A DNA stretch of 64,000 nucleotides from an uncultured Chloroflexia bacterium (GTDB taxonomy: Bacteria; Chloroflexota; Anaerolineae; B4-G1; SLSP01): the NCBI GenBank assembly GCA_963751345.1, contig CAVVUS010000011.1, forward strand, positions 64,001 to 128,000. Reading direction: 5' to 3'. A program made the position numbers and the translations under genes. Positions 20,556-30,735 of the stretch are shown piece after piece. Position 1 is the stretch's first letter, and every line of letters begins with the position of its first letter. The notes beneath the pieces are model-generated. The model was given only the letters and a program-made list of their open reading frames with translations, searched no databases and was not told the DNA's origin.

Positions 20556-21359
20556 ATGGTCGCATCTGAAGCTGCTGAACACTCGGATGAGAATTCCGAG
20601 ACCCTCGCGCAACAGCGGTTTGGGCAGTATGCCCAGAACTACGTGACCAGCGCGCCGCACGCACAAGGTGCGGATCTGGACCGGTTGCTGGAGCTGGCAG
20701 AGCCGCAACCAACATGGGTGGTGCTGGATGTGGCGACGGGTGGGGGACATACGGCGCTCAAGTTCGCGCCGCACGTGGCGCACGTGACCGCGAGTGACAT
20801 CACCCCAGCAATGCTGGAAGCAGCGGAGAAATACCTGACGGGCAAAGGCGTGAGCAATGTGACCTTCAAGCGGGTGGCTGCCGAGGCAATGCCCTTTGAC
20901 GACGCGAGCTTCGATCTCGTCACATGTCGCACCGCACCGCATCACTTCGACGATGCCGCGCTCTTCGTCCAGGAGGCGGCGCGTGTGCTCAAGCCCGGTG
21001 GGGTGCTGTTGGTTCAAGATCACCTGGTACCCGATGACGTCGCGGCGGCCCGCTACATTGAGGCATACGAAAAGCTACGTGACCCCAGTCACAACCAGGC
21101 GTTTGCCGAAGCTGAGTGGCGCGCGATGTTTGCGCACGCCGGCCTGACCGTGACCCACGTGGAGTCGTTGGACAAGATACTCAACTTCGATGACTGGGCA
21201 GATCGCCAGGGCGTGACCCCTCACACCAAAGCGTGCCTGATCGAGCTCGTGCGACAGGCGTCACCTGCTGTCCTGAGCTGGATGCAGCCCCAGGCTTGGG
21301 GCACACCCGATGCTACCTACAACTGCCATCACGTGATCCTGCGGGGCGAGAAGCGCTAG
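20556..21359 (+). CDS. class I SAM-dependent methyltransferase (UbiE-like fold)
   Basis: VLDVATGGGH, MPFDDASFDLV, RVLKPGG, LRDPSH. Confidence 0.9.
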   Translation: MVASEAAEHSDENSETLAQQRFGQYAQNYVTSAPHAQGADLDRLLELAEPQPTWVVLDVATGGGHTALKFAPHVAHVTASDITPAMLEAAEKYLTGKGVSNVTFKRVAAEAMPFDDASFDLVTCRTAPHHFDDAALFVQEAARVLKPGGVLLVQDHLVPDDVAAARYIEAYEKLRDPSHNQAFAEAEWRAMFAHAGLTVTHVESLDKILNFDDWADRQGVTPHTKACLIELVRQASPAVLSWMQPQAWGTPDATYNCHHVILRGEKR

Positions 21360-21474
21360 GGGCGATGACCCTGAACATCATCTCGTGTTCGGGTGGCCAT
21401 TGAAGCCCGGGCAGCGCGCCGCGCAGCCTAGATCGGCCGGAAGGGGATCTTCAACCGAGATCGCTCCTTTGGGG

Positions 21475-21511
21475 GCAGCCGACTTATCCGATACCCGGAT
21501 AAGTCGGCTGC
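21475..21511. terminator. perfect 16-bp hairpin between convergent genes
   Basis: GCAGCCGACTTATCCG-ATACC-CGGATAAGTCGGCTGC. Confidence 0.6.
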
Positions 21512-21525
21512 TGAGCTGCTTCTGG

Positions 21526-22268
21526 CTACCGCTCTACAGCATAGCGATTCCAGCTTGCGCGTTGGGCAAAAGGCTTCTTGGTCCGCCTGGGGCCCTGGTC
21601 GGCAGGCAGACCGATGGGCACGATGACGATCATCAGCCGGTCGTCAGGGATCCCCAGTAGATCGCACACCGGTGTGCGTTTGCCTGAGTCACGGAACATA
21701 CCGTCAATCCATCCACCACCATAGCCCAGAGCTGTGGCTGCGAGTAGCATCTGTGTGGTGGCGCACGCGTAGTCCTCAAGATAGTAGGTTGATCCTTCGG
21801 GATCGCGGTTGTGATCTACCACCACCACGATCATGGCCGGTGCCGTCTTGAGTGGGATGGTTCCACCAATCTCCCCGATGCTGGACAGTGTGCGGATCGG
21901 TGAGGATGAGGAATGTCAATCCATCCACCACCATAGCCCAGAGCTGTGGCTGCAAGTAGCATCTGTGTGGTGGCGCACGCGTAGTCCTCGAGATAGTAGG
22001 TTGATCCTTCAGGATCGCGGTTGTCATCTACCACCACTACGATCATCGCCGGTGCCGTTTTCAGTGGGATGGTTCCACCAATCTCCCCAATGCTGGACAG
22101 CGTAGCCGGATCGGTGACGATGACGAACTCGGCGCGTTGAGCGTTGTTGGCCGTAGGTGCGGCCATCCCGGCCTCCACAATCTGGCGAAGGTGCGCTTCC
22201 GGCACCGGATCCGGCCGGAAGGCCGCCTTGTGACTGTAGCGTTTTGATATCGTGTCAAAGAACTCCAT
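21526..22268 (-). pseudogene. nitroreductase family gene interrupted by an internal tandem duplication
   Basis: KRYSHK..F, AAPTANNAQ, QMLLAATALGYGGGW, LLGIP...VPIG. The central ~70 codons occur twice. Confidence 0.8.
21703..22126. repeat. 212-bp imperfect tandem duplication
   Basis: GTCAATCCATCCACCACC begins at both 21703 and 21915; the copies differ at roughly a dozen positions. Confidence 0.9.
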
Positions 22269-22292
22269 TGGGTCTCTCCTCTGGCTGTGGAA

Positions 22293-22500
22293 TCACCAAA
22301 AAAGAAGGGTCACGAACTCGTTCAGGCACCGGCGCCATGTCAACCATTCGTGGGCGACGTCGGGCGTCTCCCAGTAGACGTAGTCGATCCCGGCTTCGTC
22401 CAGCTCTTTCATCCTGCGCTGGGTGATGCCCCATTCACGGGGCCCGCCCGTGCCCGCGCCGAACCAGAGCAGGCCTACCCGCGCGTTGAAGACTGCCGGC
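22293..22500 (-). pseudogene. esterase C-terminal remnant
   Basis: FNARVGLLWFGAGT...YWETPDVAHEWLTWRRCLNEF. Confidence 0.6.
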
Positions 22501-22723
22501 ACCGGGTGCCTCCAACCGGAACGTGATGCTGCCGTCGGGGTTGATGCGCGGAAAGGGCGCGCCGCGGACATTGGTGGGTGCCGGGCACGAACCTGCTTGC
22601 GTGCTCATCGGACCTCCTTGGATATCAGTATACCTTGTGCAAGAACACCTCGCTCATTTCAGACCTCGTCGATTTCCCGGGCCTCCTTGTTGAACTGGAC
22701 CACTCGGTAAAGGTCCGTTAGCT

Positions 22724-23947
22724 TCATACACGTTCCTCGGTGATGGCTATCGGTTCCGGTGCGGGCTGGAGCAAAGGCGGTGCGTCAACCTTGATCGCCA
22801 GCGCGAAGGGGACGGACAGCATAATGATAGCCGCCGCACCCCAGCACAGCCACTCATATCCAACCACTCCCAAGAGTGTGCCCGCGACCAAGGACATCGA
22901 TACAGACGTAATGTGGTTGACGCTGACCCCGGCAGCCAGCGTCGGCGCCAGCTCCTCGGGTGGCGCGATGCGCCGTACATAAGTGGACAGACCGATCCGC
23001 AACGTGACCAAGAGGTTGATGCCGATCAACATGCCCGCCCAGGAACCACACATTGTGCACGGTTGCGTAGCCGACAAAGCAGAGCGCCAGGGCCACGTAG
23101 CTGGCCGAAAGCATGACTCTCTCTCCGACGACGTCGAGCAACTTTCCCAAGGATGGCGAAAGCACGAAGTTGATGATGCCGCTCACTACCAACAGGAGGC
23201 TGATCTGGCGGGCATTAAGACCATAGTCCTGTACCAGAATCAGGGTGCTAAACGTGCCGAAGACCTGCATGCGCGAGCCTTCGAAGAAGGTGAGCACGTA
23301 GTAGAGCCAATACCGCCGCCTGAAGAGTATCTTCGTCTGGGCTTGCGTCCTCAGCGCCGACATTGGTCGGAATCCTTAATAACAGGAGCCCCGCCGACAG
23401 CGATCACGACACCGCCGAAAATGTAGAATCGGCGCAAGGGTAGCGTGGTAGCCAATGCGGCCGTTACCCCCATGCCCACGATGGAGGCCAGCGAGCCTAC
23501 CGCTGCCAACGCGCCCAACACGCGTCCGGCCTCCTCTTTCTTGGTCAGGGCAAGGCCCAGCGTACTTTGCAGGGGCGACCAGTTGTGAAAGCCCAGGCTG
23601 GCTACCACAGCGACAACCAGGAGCGCACTGAAGGAATGAACGATCGTGTAGAGGCCATACCCCAGCCCCATCAACAACAGGGAAGCTGCCGCTCGCCGCG
23701 ATAGCGGCCAGCGCATGATCAGCGCCGCGATGAAGACCAGGGCCAGACCCGGTATCTCCCGTATGCCTGCAAGCCAGAGCACTTGCTTGCCGCTCATATC
23801 CAGCGAATCTACGAAGAAGTTGGTGCTTACGCCCCGCAGCAAGCCTTGCCCAAGCCGGGACAGGAACACCCCGCACGCGAGGATGATCAGGTAGCGGCTC
23901 CACATCGTGGACGCTGTCTTGAGCCTATCACTTGTCGAAACAGTCAT
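22724..23947 (-). CDS. MFS transporter (two frameshifts, ~23370 and ~23040)
   Basis: Three consecutive hydrophobic ORFs (IREIPGL; LGKLLDVVGER; GVSVNHITSV) total about 400 aa. Confidence 0.75.
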
Positions 23948-24037
23948 CTGAGTCCTTTCCGGTGTAGCTTCACTGTTGTGTTGTATACCATAGGGCTCTG
24001 AAAACCACCGCGCCGACGCGGTGGCCGCAGGTCGGCG

Positions 24038-25441
24038 TCATGTCACGGATAGCGCGTACGCCGTCTTCGTCGTTTCATCTGGGGCGACGACCTCGATCGT
24101 GAAGGTGTGACCCTGGTCCGGCACCGTTGCCTCGAATGCCTGCCCTGACTGAACCTCGTTGCCATCGATGGTGAGCGCATGATACCGGCGGGACGTCGCA
24201 GTGGGGATGATCTCGACGGTCTGCGCGTCCGGGGAAACCGTGGCGGTGTAGCTGAGCTGATCCGGCGTGAAGCCCTCGGCCATCGCCGCACCCTCGATCC
24301 GCAGGTTGCTCAAGCTCGACATCTGCTCTGGCGGCACGCTGAGGGGAACGTCGCGATTCACGTTGATGGAGGCCCAGTTGGGGTCGGTGAGCCGGTCGCC
24401 ACTCACCGTTCGCCATGCATTGCCGGGACGGGGCGAGGGGACCAGGACGTCCGAGCCATGGTCCACGACCTGCTGGGCGGCTTCCTCCAGGTTGTCCAGA
24501 TACCCTTCACCTTCCAGATACGGCACGCCGTGACCGGTACAGATGTATCTCACCTTCCCCGCTACCTTCGCGTGGAACACCTGCAGCGCCGAGAGGAATT
24601 TGTCAACACCCTCCGTGCTTCTCTGCAGCCACACCGCGTCGACGATCGTGGGCCCATTGCTGCCGATGGCATCGCTGGCGAAGAGAATGCCGCTGGGCTC
24701 ATCCAAGAGCGCGAGGCAGCCCGGCGTATGGCCGGGGACGTGGTAGACGGTGAGCCGACGGTCGCCCAGATCAAAGGTGAATCCCTCGTCGATCCATTGG
24801 ATGCGATCCTCGTCGATTTCGTAGTTCATGCGCTTTTTGAACATCTGGAGCGTGGGAAGGTCGGCGCGGTGCATGTAGACGGCATGATCCGCCTGGAACT
24901 GGCCCATCGCTGCGATGTGATCCGGGTGTCCGTGCGTGATGCACACGTCGAGGGGTAGATCGCCGACGAAGGGCTCAATGTAGCTACGCAAGTCACCCGT
25001 ACTCTTGCCCGCGTCGATGAGGAGGGCGCGCTCACTGCCGGTCACGAGATACATCTTGTCATTGATCCAATCCTGGATCAGTCGCACACTGGGGAAGAGC
25101 TGCTGTGAGATGAATGTTGTCTCGTCACGCGGCTCGATGTCATATTGGAACACGGCTTCGTCACCGACTTGATCGCCAGCGACAGCGATTGCCCGGATGG
25201 TGTAGGACCGCTTGCCGTCCGGTACGTCCTCACCGAATTGTTCAAGCGGGATTATCCGGTTGGCATCAAAGACCGGGCTGTCCGGTGTTGGCTCGGAGCC
25301 GTCGCGCGTGTAGTGGATCTCGGCGCCCTCCGCCTCGCACAACAGGGTGATCATGTGCGGGCCGTCGTAGACGCCTGCCTCCGGGTATGCGGCTAACGAC
25401 AGCCTAGGATCAGTTACTTCGTGGGTCTTCATAGTGCTCAT
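24038..25441 (-). CDS. MBL-fold metallo-hydrolase with N-terminal Fn3-associated/chitobiase-like and C-terminal cadherin-like beta-sandwich domains
   Basis: IHYTRDGSEPT; THGHPDH, PGHT, ASD, TGHG metal ligands; FTPDQLSYTATV...TIEVVAPDETTKTAY. Confidence 0.8.
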   Translation of the reverse strand: MSTMKTHEVTDPRLSLAAYPEAGVYDGPHMITLLCEAEGAEIHYTRDGSEPTPDSPVFDANRIIPLEQFGEDVPDGKRSYTIRAIAVAGDQVGDEAVFQYDIEPRDETTFISQQLFPSVRLIQDWINDKMYLVTGSERALLIDAGKSTGDLRSYIEPFVGDLPLDVCITHGHPDHIAAMGQFQADHAVYMHRADLPTLQMFKKRMNYEIDEDRIQWIDEGFTFDLGDRRLTVYHVPGHTPGCLALLDEPSGILFASDAIGSNGPTIVDAVWLQRSTEGVDKFLSALQVFHAKVAGKVRYICTGHGVPYLEGEGYLDNLEEAAQQVVDHGSDVLVPSPRPGNAWRTVSGDRLTDPNWASINVNRDVPLSVPPEQMSSLSNLRIEGAAMAEGFTPDQLSYTATVSPDAQTVEIIPTATSRRYHALTIDGNEVQSGQAFEATVPDQGHTFTIEVVAPDETTKTAYALSVT

Positions 25442-26034
25442 TTGCCTCCTGATGATCGTGATAGCTCGATCTCACGTGTGTCTGTCATTGTGCTTCCCTC
25501 TGCTCGCTAGAGTTTACGCCTTCCAACGCCTGGCTCAAGTCCCAGTCATCGCTCTCCAAACAGATCATGGCGGTCGAAAAGGAACTGGGATTCTCTCTCT
25601 TCGACCGCAGCCAAGCGTGATCAGGTTGGCCAAGGTTGGGGAAGGGTTCCAACTGCACGCCCGCAGCCTGAATGCTGCCTGTCGGACGATGCTGGCGGAG
25701 TGGGCGCGTTCAAGACGGCGCCATCGCAAAGCCTGCCGCCACGACGCGCCGGCCTACGGCGACGGTTGTGCCCACCGAGACGCCTTCACCCACTCTTACA
25801 CCGGCCCCTCCGACGCCTATGCCGGAGCCTTTGGCGACATCTAGGCCGACGAGAGTGTGTCGGCCACTGAGGTGGTAGTCTTCTCCCATTCTACCAAGGG
25901 GACATCGGCTGCGGCCATACCATCGGAGAGGCCTCCGGCAATGGAGGGCTCTTCGTATCCTCAGGTGTTGTTCCAGTCTGAGACGTCCTATAATTGCAGC
26001 AGGAAACCGAAGGTCGGGATTGAGGAGGACCCGA

Positions 26035-26193
26035 ATGGCCGACGCAGACAGAGCGCCTGATAGAACCGAGCGAACCCCACGATCAGCCTTCGGGGGTGAG
26101 AAGACCCTCCGGCACAGGTTCGACCGCTATGGCTTTCTCATGGTGGATTTCATCTGCCTTTCCACTCGGGCAGTGAGAAATTCCGAACGATGA
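26035..26193 (+). CDS. possible 52-aa small protein or remnant
   Basis: GAGGAGGA RBS, ATG 26035, TGA 26193; TATAAT at 25989-25994; no recognisable homology. Confidence 0.3.
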   Translation: MADADRAPDRTERTPRSAFGGEKTLRHRFDRYGFLMVDFICLSTRAVRNSER

Positions 26194-26253
26194 CGGAGGG
26201 GCCTTACGTGGTGAGCGTCGAGAACGATCCGTGCCGGATCAAGGAGGGATACC

Positions 26254-27036
26254 ATGCTGCTCAAGGATAGAAGTGCCGTAATCTATGGGGCAGGAGGACA
26301 CATCGGAGGTGCGGTTGCCCGTGCCTTTGCACGTGATGGGGCCAAGGTCTTTCTTGCCGGTCGAACACTGTCAAAGCTTGAGGCCCTGGCTGAGGAGATA
26401 TCCGCCGCAGGAGGCGCAGCCGAGCCGGCTCAAGTCGATGCCCTCGATCCTCAGGCGATTGAGGCGCATCTCGAAGCGATTGTGAAGAAGGTGGGGAAGA
26501 TCGACATCTCGTTCAACGCGATCTCGATCCGGGGAGATCTGCAGGGCGTCCCACTTATCGAGATGCCACACGAGAACTACACACTTCCGGTCCTGACAGG
26601 CATCAAGACGCACTTTCTTACAGCGACCGCAGCGGCCCGGCACATGGTGCAGAAGGGATCGGGCGTCATTCTGACCCTCTCTTCATCTGCGTCGGTTCTG
26701 TCCGGGCGTGACCGTAGATTTCATCTGACCGGGGGCTTCAGTACCGCGTGCGCCGCGATCGAAGGTCTTTCCCGCAGCCTGGCAGGTGAGCTCGGCCCGA
26801 AGGGAATCCGCGTCGTGTGTCTGCGCCCCGATGCCATCCCGGAGACCTGGTCTACAGCCGGTGACGGCGACGGCAGCCCCAACGAGGTTGGGACGTATAT
26901 GACGAACGGGACCGTCCTGGGACGTCTTCCGACGCTGGACGAAGTTGCCAATGCAGCGGTCTTCGTGGCCTCCGATCGGGCAAGCGCGATGACCGGAACC
27001 ATCGTGAACCTGACCTGCGGCTCAGTCATAGATTAG
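26254..27036 (+). CDS. SDR family oxidoreductase (atypical)
   Basis: YGAGGHIG Rossmann motif, ELGPKGIRVV, FVASDRASAMTG; YxxxK is replaced by FSTAC. Confidence 0.85.
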   Translation: MLLKDRSAVIYGAGGHIGGAVARAFARDGAKVFLAGRTLSKLEALAEEISAAGGAAEPAQVDALDPQAIEAHLEAIVKKVGKIDISFNAISIRGDLQGVPLIEMPHENYTLPVLTGIKTHFLTATAAARHMVQKGSGVILTLSSSASVLSGRDRRFHLTGGFSTACAAIEGLSRSLAGELGPKGIRVVCLRPDAIPETWSTAGDGDGSPNEVGTYMTNGTVLGRLPTLDEVANAAVFVASDRASAMTGTIVNLTCGSVID

Positions 27037-27127
27037 GCCTGAAGGATCCCCAGCGGATGCTTCGGCGTGAACCGGCGGAACGCTCCTTCATCCACCGCCG
27101 GTGAATCCGCTGCCGCCCATCGTGTTT

Positions 27128-27179
27128 CCATAGGATACCGAGAGCCCTCCAGCCATAGAGGGCTCTCGGTGTCCTATGG
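27128..27179. terminator. 22-bp near-perfect hairpin
   Basis: CCATAGGATACCGAGAGCCCTC-N8-GAGGGCTCTCGGTGTCCTATGG. Confidence 0.5.
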
Positions 27180-27569
27180 GACGTGTGGTGCCAACACTGA
27201 CCCGGGATCTGGAGGTGTACCCTCGCTTACACAATACTTCCCAACCGGGATGTTGAAAGCCGCCATTGTGACGATCCCGTGACCACGAAGCGCCTTCGCC
27301 AGAGGGATGTCGCGATAATTTTTCAGATAAGGGTATTGCAATTTCAATGAATCTGGAGTAGTATGATGCTGACCTGAACGCAACCGAGCAGCGTCGCCGA
27401 CACTCTGTATGTCGATTGCTCACCGTGGCCCAGATCCGCGCGATACTGTCCCAGGCGCAGGCGAGGGTTAGTATTGGATGTGATCTGCCATGCCGTTAGG
27501 TGGGACTGCCGAGAGGCTTTCTAAGGACATTGGCAGGCAGGAGCAATCACTTGTCGACAGGGGGGACCC

Positions 27570-29911
27570 ATGAGCGACGAAGAGCTGTCTGATTCACCGG
27601 CACCGCGCGTGCCGCTGGGGGGGGACTATTGGCAGGCCGATCCGGGTACTGATCTATGGGGCTTTGCGGATCTGCATGCCCACCTTATGGCGCATCTCAC
27701 GTTTGGCGGCAACGCCTTCTGGGGACAGTTCTACGACCCCGAGCGCACCGGCGACGCCGCGATGGAGCACGCCCTGCCTTCGTGCGAGCCGATACACGGG
27801 GGTCTCTTGAATGTCAATCCCGAGTTCGGCCACCCGGCCGGCGGCGGGTGGCCCGATTTCATCATCTGGCCGCGATTCACCACGTTGATTCACCAACAAG
27901 CCTACATCGACTGGGTGTACCGCGCCTATCAGGGGGGGCTGCGGCTCATCACCTGTCTGGCCGTCAACAACGAATTGCTCGGCACGCGCAGCCGTCCAAA
28001 TGTGCCCACGGACGATCGTAGCGCCATCGAGCGTCAGGCGATGGCGATGAAGGAGCTGGTCAAGGAGCTCGATCGCCGCGCCGGTGGTCCCGGACAGGGC
28101 TGGATGCAGATCGCCTATTCGGCCGGCGAAGCACGCGCCATCGTCAAGGCGAACAAACTGGCGATCGTTCTGGGGATTGAGGTTGACTCACTCGGCAATT
28201 GGCGCAGTGTGGAAGATCTGCAGGCATTGTGCAGCAACGACCCCGAGCGCGCGCGTCAGCTCATCGGTGCTGAGTTGGACTGGCTGCACGCACTCGGGAT
28301 ACGTCAGATCACGCCCATCCATCTCACCGACAATGCCTTTCGGCGGTACAGCCATCTATATGCGCCTGCTCGACATCCTGAACGTCTTTGTCACCGGCCG
28401 CCACTATAGCGTTGAGAATGCCTGGGATACCGGCATTCGCTATCGGCTCGACCGCGATGGCACAGACGTGGTCGACGAGGCCGAGCGGGCGGTGGTGGCT
28501 TCGGGTGAATCGATGTCGCCTGAACATCGGCCGAAGATGACGCGCCAGGCGCTGATTCGAGAGGTGCCCGCCGTGCGTGATCTCTACGAAGCGCTGGAGA
28601 GCCCCTCGGTGAGCGGTGGCCACGCGAACGCCCGTGGGCTTAACGATTATGGCATCATCCTGCTGGAAGAGATGATGCGGCGCGGTATGCTCATCGACAT
28701 CGATCACATGTCGCAAAAGTCGACCGATGCGGCGCTCGACATGGCCGAGCAGCATGCGTATCCGGTCATTTCGTCGCACGCCTGGTTCCGGGATCTGGCC
28801 TTCAGTGCCGATGAGGAGTTCAGCCGCGCCGACCCACAACACTATGGCACCGACGACGTGCATAAGGTGGCGCACGAGGCGGGCAAACGCGCCGATCAGG
28901 TTGAGCGGCTGGGCAGGTTGGGCGGGATCATCGGTCCCATCCTCAACCAGGGCGACGTCGTGGATCTCGGCAACGTTCTGCCGGAGGTGGGAGATAAAGT
29001 GGCGCGTTCGGCCGCGGGGTCCAGCACGGCCTGGGCATCCAGCTATCTGTATGCCGTAGAGAAGATGGGCGGGCGCGGCGTCGCCATCGGCAGCGATATC
29101 AACGGAGCGGCCGGACTGCCGGGGCCCCGTTTCGGCACGTATGCCGCCTATGGGGCGCGCGGCGACCGGCGCCGTGAGGCACTGCGCCGGGCCCAGATTG
29201 ACGCCCAGGTCAATGGCGTGCGTTACGCCACTCCGATTCGCGACTATCGCTGGTATCGCTTTGACGAAAGCGGCTCGCATGCTTACGATCGTGAGGAGCG
29301 CGAAGCCTGGCAAGGCATCGCGCAATATGAAGCGGGTTTTCATCCCGATCGAGAGCAAGCATCCGGAGGGGGATGCCCCACGAATCTCGCTGACGACGGT
29401 CGATAACGCAGTGCACATGTTGTTCCGCCAGGACAACGTCGACAACATCACGCGTGGGCTGTGGGCAGCCGATGAGGCTGAGGCGGCGAACGCCGAGCCT
29501 GTGCGGAGCCGATCGTTGATGAAAGGTCACTGGTACGACGAAGAGTGGGCGGCGTATCTCGTAAAGCGTGGTCTCGAGCCGGCCGAGGGCGAACGTGACG
29601 ATGACGTGCTGCGGTGGTTCAAGAAGATCGGGGAGGTGTGGGGCAAGTGGCAGGAGATGTCCGGCGACAACCCGCCGCTGGAACGGAACACTGCCGGACC
29701 GCGCCGTGACTTCGACATCAATCTCGATGGGCTTGCGCACTACGGCCTGCTGCCGGACTTCCTGCAGGACCTACGCAATCAGGGTTTGTCGATTCAGGAT
29801 CTGGCGACGCTCTTCCGATCAGCCAACGATTATGTGGAGGTGTGGGCCACGTGTGAACAACGCGCGGCCATACTGACCGAAGCCGAGGCCGCCAGCGAGA
29901 GAGCAAAGTGA
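27570..29911 (+). CDS. large membrane-dipeptidase (M19)/amidohydrolase-like protein; frameshifts ~28338 and ~29355
   Basis: ADLHAHL, LGIEVD, PIHLTDNAFGG, DIDHMS, ISSH, IGSDING, GLAHYGLLPDF spread across three ORFs. Confidence 0.8.
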
Positions 29912-29921
29912 GGGATCACGT

Positions 29922-29966
29922 GGCAGCCTCTACGGCCCTGCTCGGGACAGAGCCGTAGAGGCCGCC
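29922..29966 (+). terminator. hairpin after the dipeptidase-like gene
   Basis: GGCAGCCTCTACGGCCCTG...CAGAGCCGTAGAGGCCGCC. Confidence 0.5.
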
Positions 29967-30027
29967 GAGATGAAGAGGACGAAGCCTGGTCGGTAGGGCC
30001 CCTAACTCACCGAAAGGAAGTGCTCGC

Positions 30028-30627
30028 ATGGTATCCTCCAGCTCTGGAAGACGCCCCCGAATCTCTGGCGTTGTCGGGATGGCGTCTGCCGTGCTCTGGC
30101 TGGTTGCGCTGACGATTGAGTACCGTTACGATCTGCAGCCGCCTGGTGATGGTAGTCTGCTGTACTTCGCAGACTCGTTCATGTTCTTTCTCGCGCTTGC
30201 CGGCTATCTGATCATGCTCTTGGGACTGTGGCAAGCTAAGGCCACAGGGGAGGGCGCCTTCGGGCGAGGTTCCCTGGGCATCTTTATCGTGGGCTTGGTT
30301 CTATTACTCATCGCCCAGATCGTCTCCTGGCTGACGCGCAACCATGACAACTTCCTGTTCCCTTTGGGCGGGTTGTGCCAACTCGTCGGTGTCGTTCTGA
30401 CTGGGATTGCCGTGGTGACTGCCAAACGCTGGGACGGCTGGCAGAGATACGTCCTGCTGTTGCAGGCTGTCTGGTATGTCGTGCTCGTCATTCCCCTCTT
30501 TGTCGCCGAGGTCGTCATTCCCGTCGTTGCTACCAACCAAGGCCCAACTCAGTTGGGAGAGTCGCTCTGGCAAGTAACGTGGTTCATCACGAGCCTGGCG
30601 CTTTTCACTCAGTCCCGCAAGACATAG
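30028..30627 (+). CDS. six-TM membrane protein of unknown function
   Basis: GAAAGGA RBS; repeated hydrophobic helices; AKRWDGWQRY motif. Confidence 0.7.
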   Translation: MVSSSSGRRPRISGVVGMASAVLWLVALTIEYRYDLQPPGDGSLLYFADSFMFFLALAGYLIMLLGLWQAKATGEGAFGRGSLGIFIVGLVLLLIAQIVSWLTRNHDNFLFPLGGLCQLVGVVLTGIAVVTAKRWDGWQRYVLLLQAVWYVVLVIPLFVAEVVIPVVATNQGPTQLGESLWQVTWFITSLALFTQSRKT

Positions 30628-30735
30628 ACCGTCAGCGCACTGCCGGCGTTGCGACCAAGTAGATCCAGCATGGGAGCGTGTGACGTGTTCCTCGCGCCGC
30701 GCCTCCAGAGCGGCACCTGCAACATGTATGGTTTC

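Noticed and set aside
21703-22126. Diversity-generating retroelement TR/VR pair
   Set aside because: Mismatches are not adenine-specific and there is no reverse transcriptase in the window.
25672-25878. Pro/Thr-rich ORF (PTATVVPTETPSPTLTPAPPTP)
   Set aside because: It has no credible start or domain and is at most a linker remnant.
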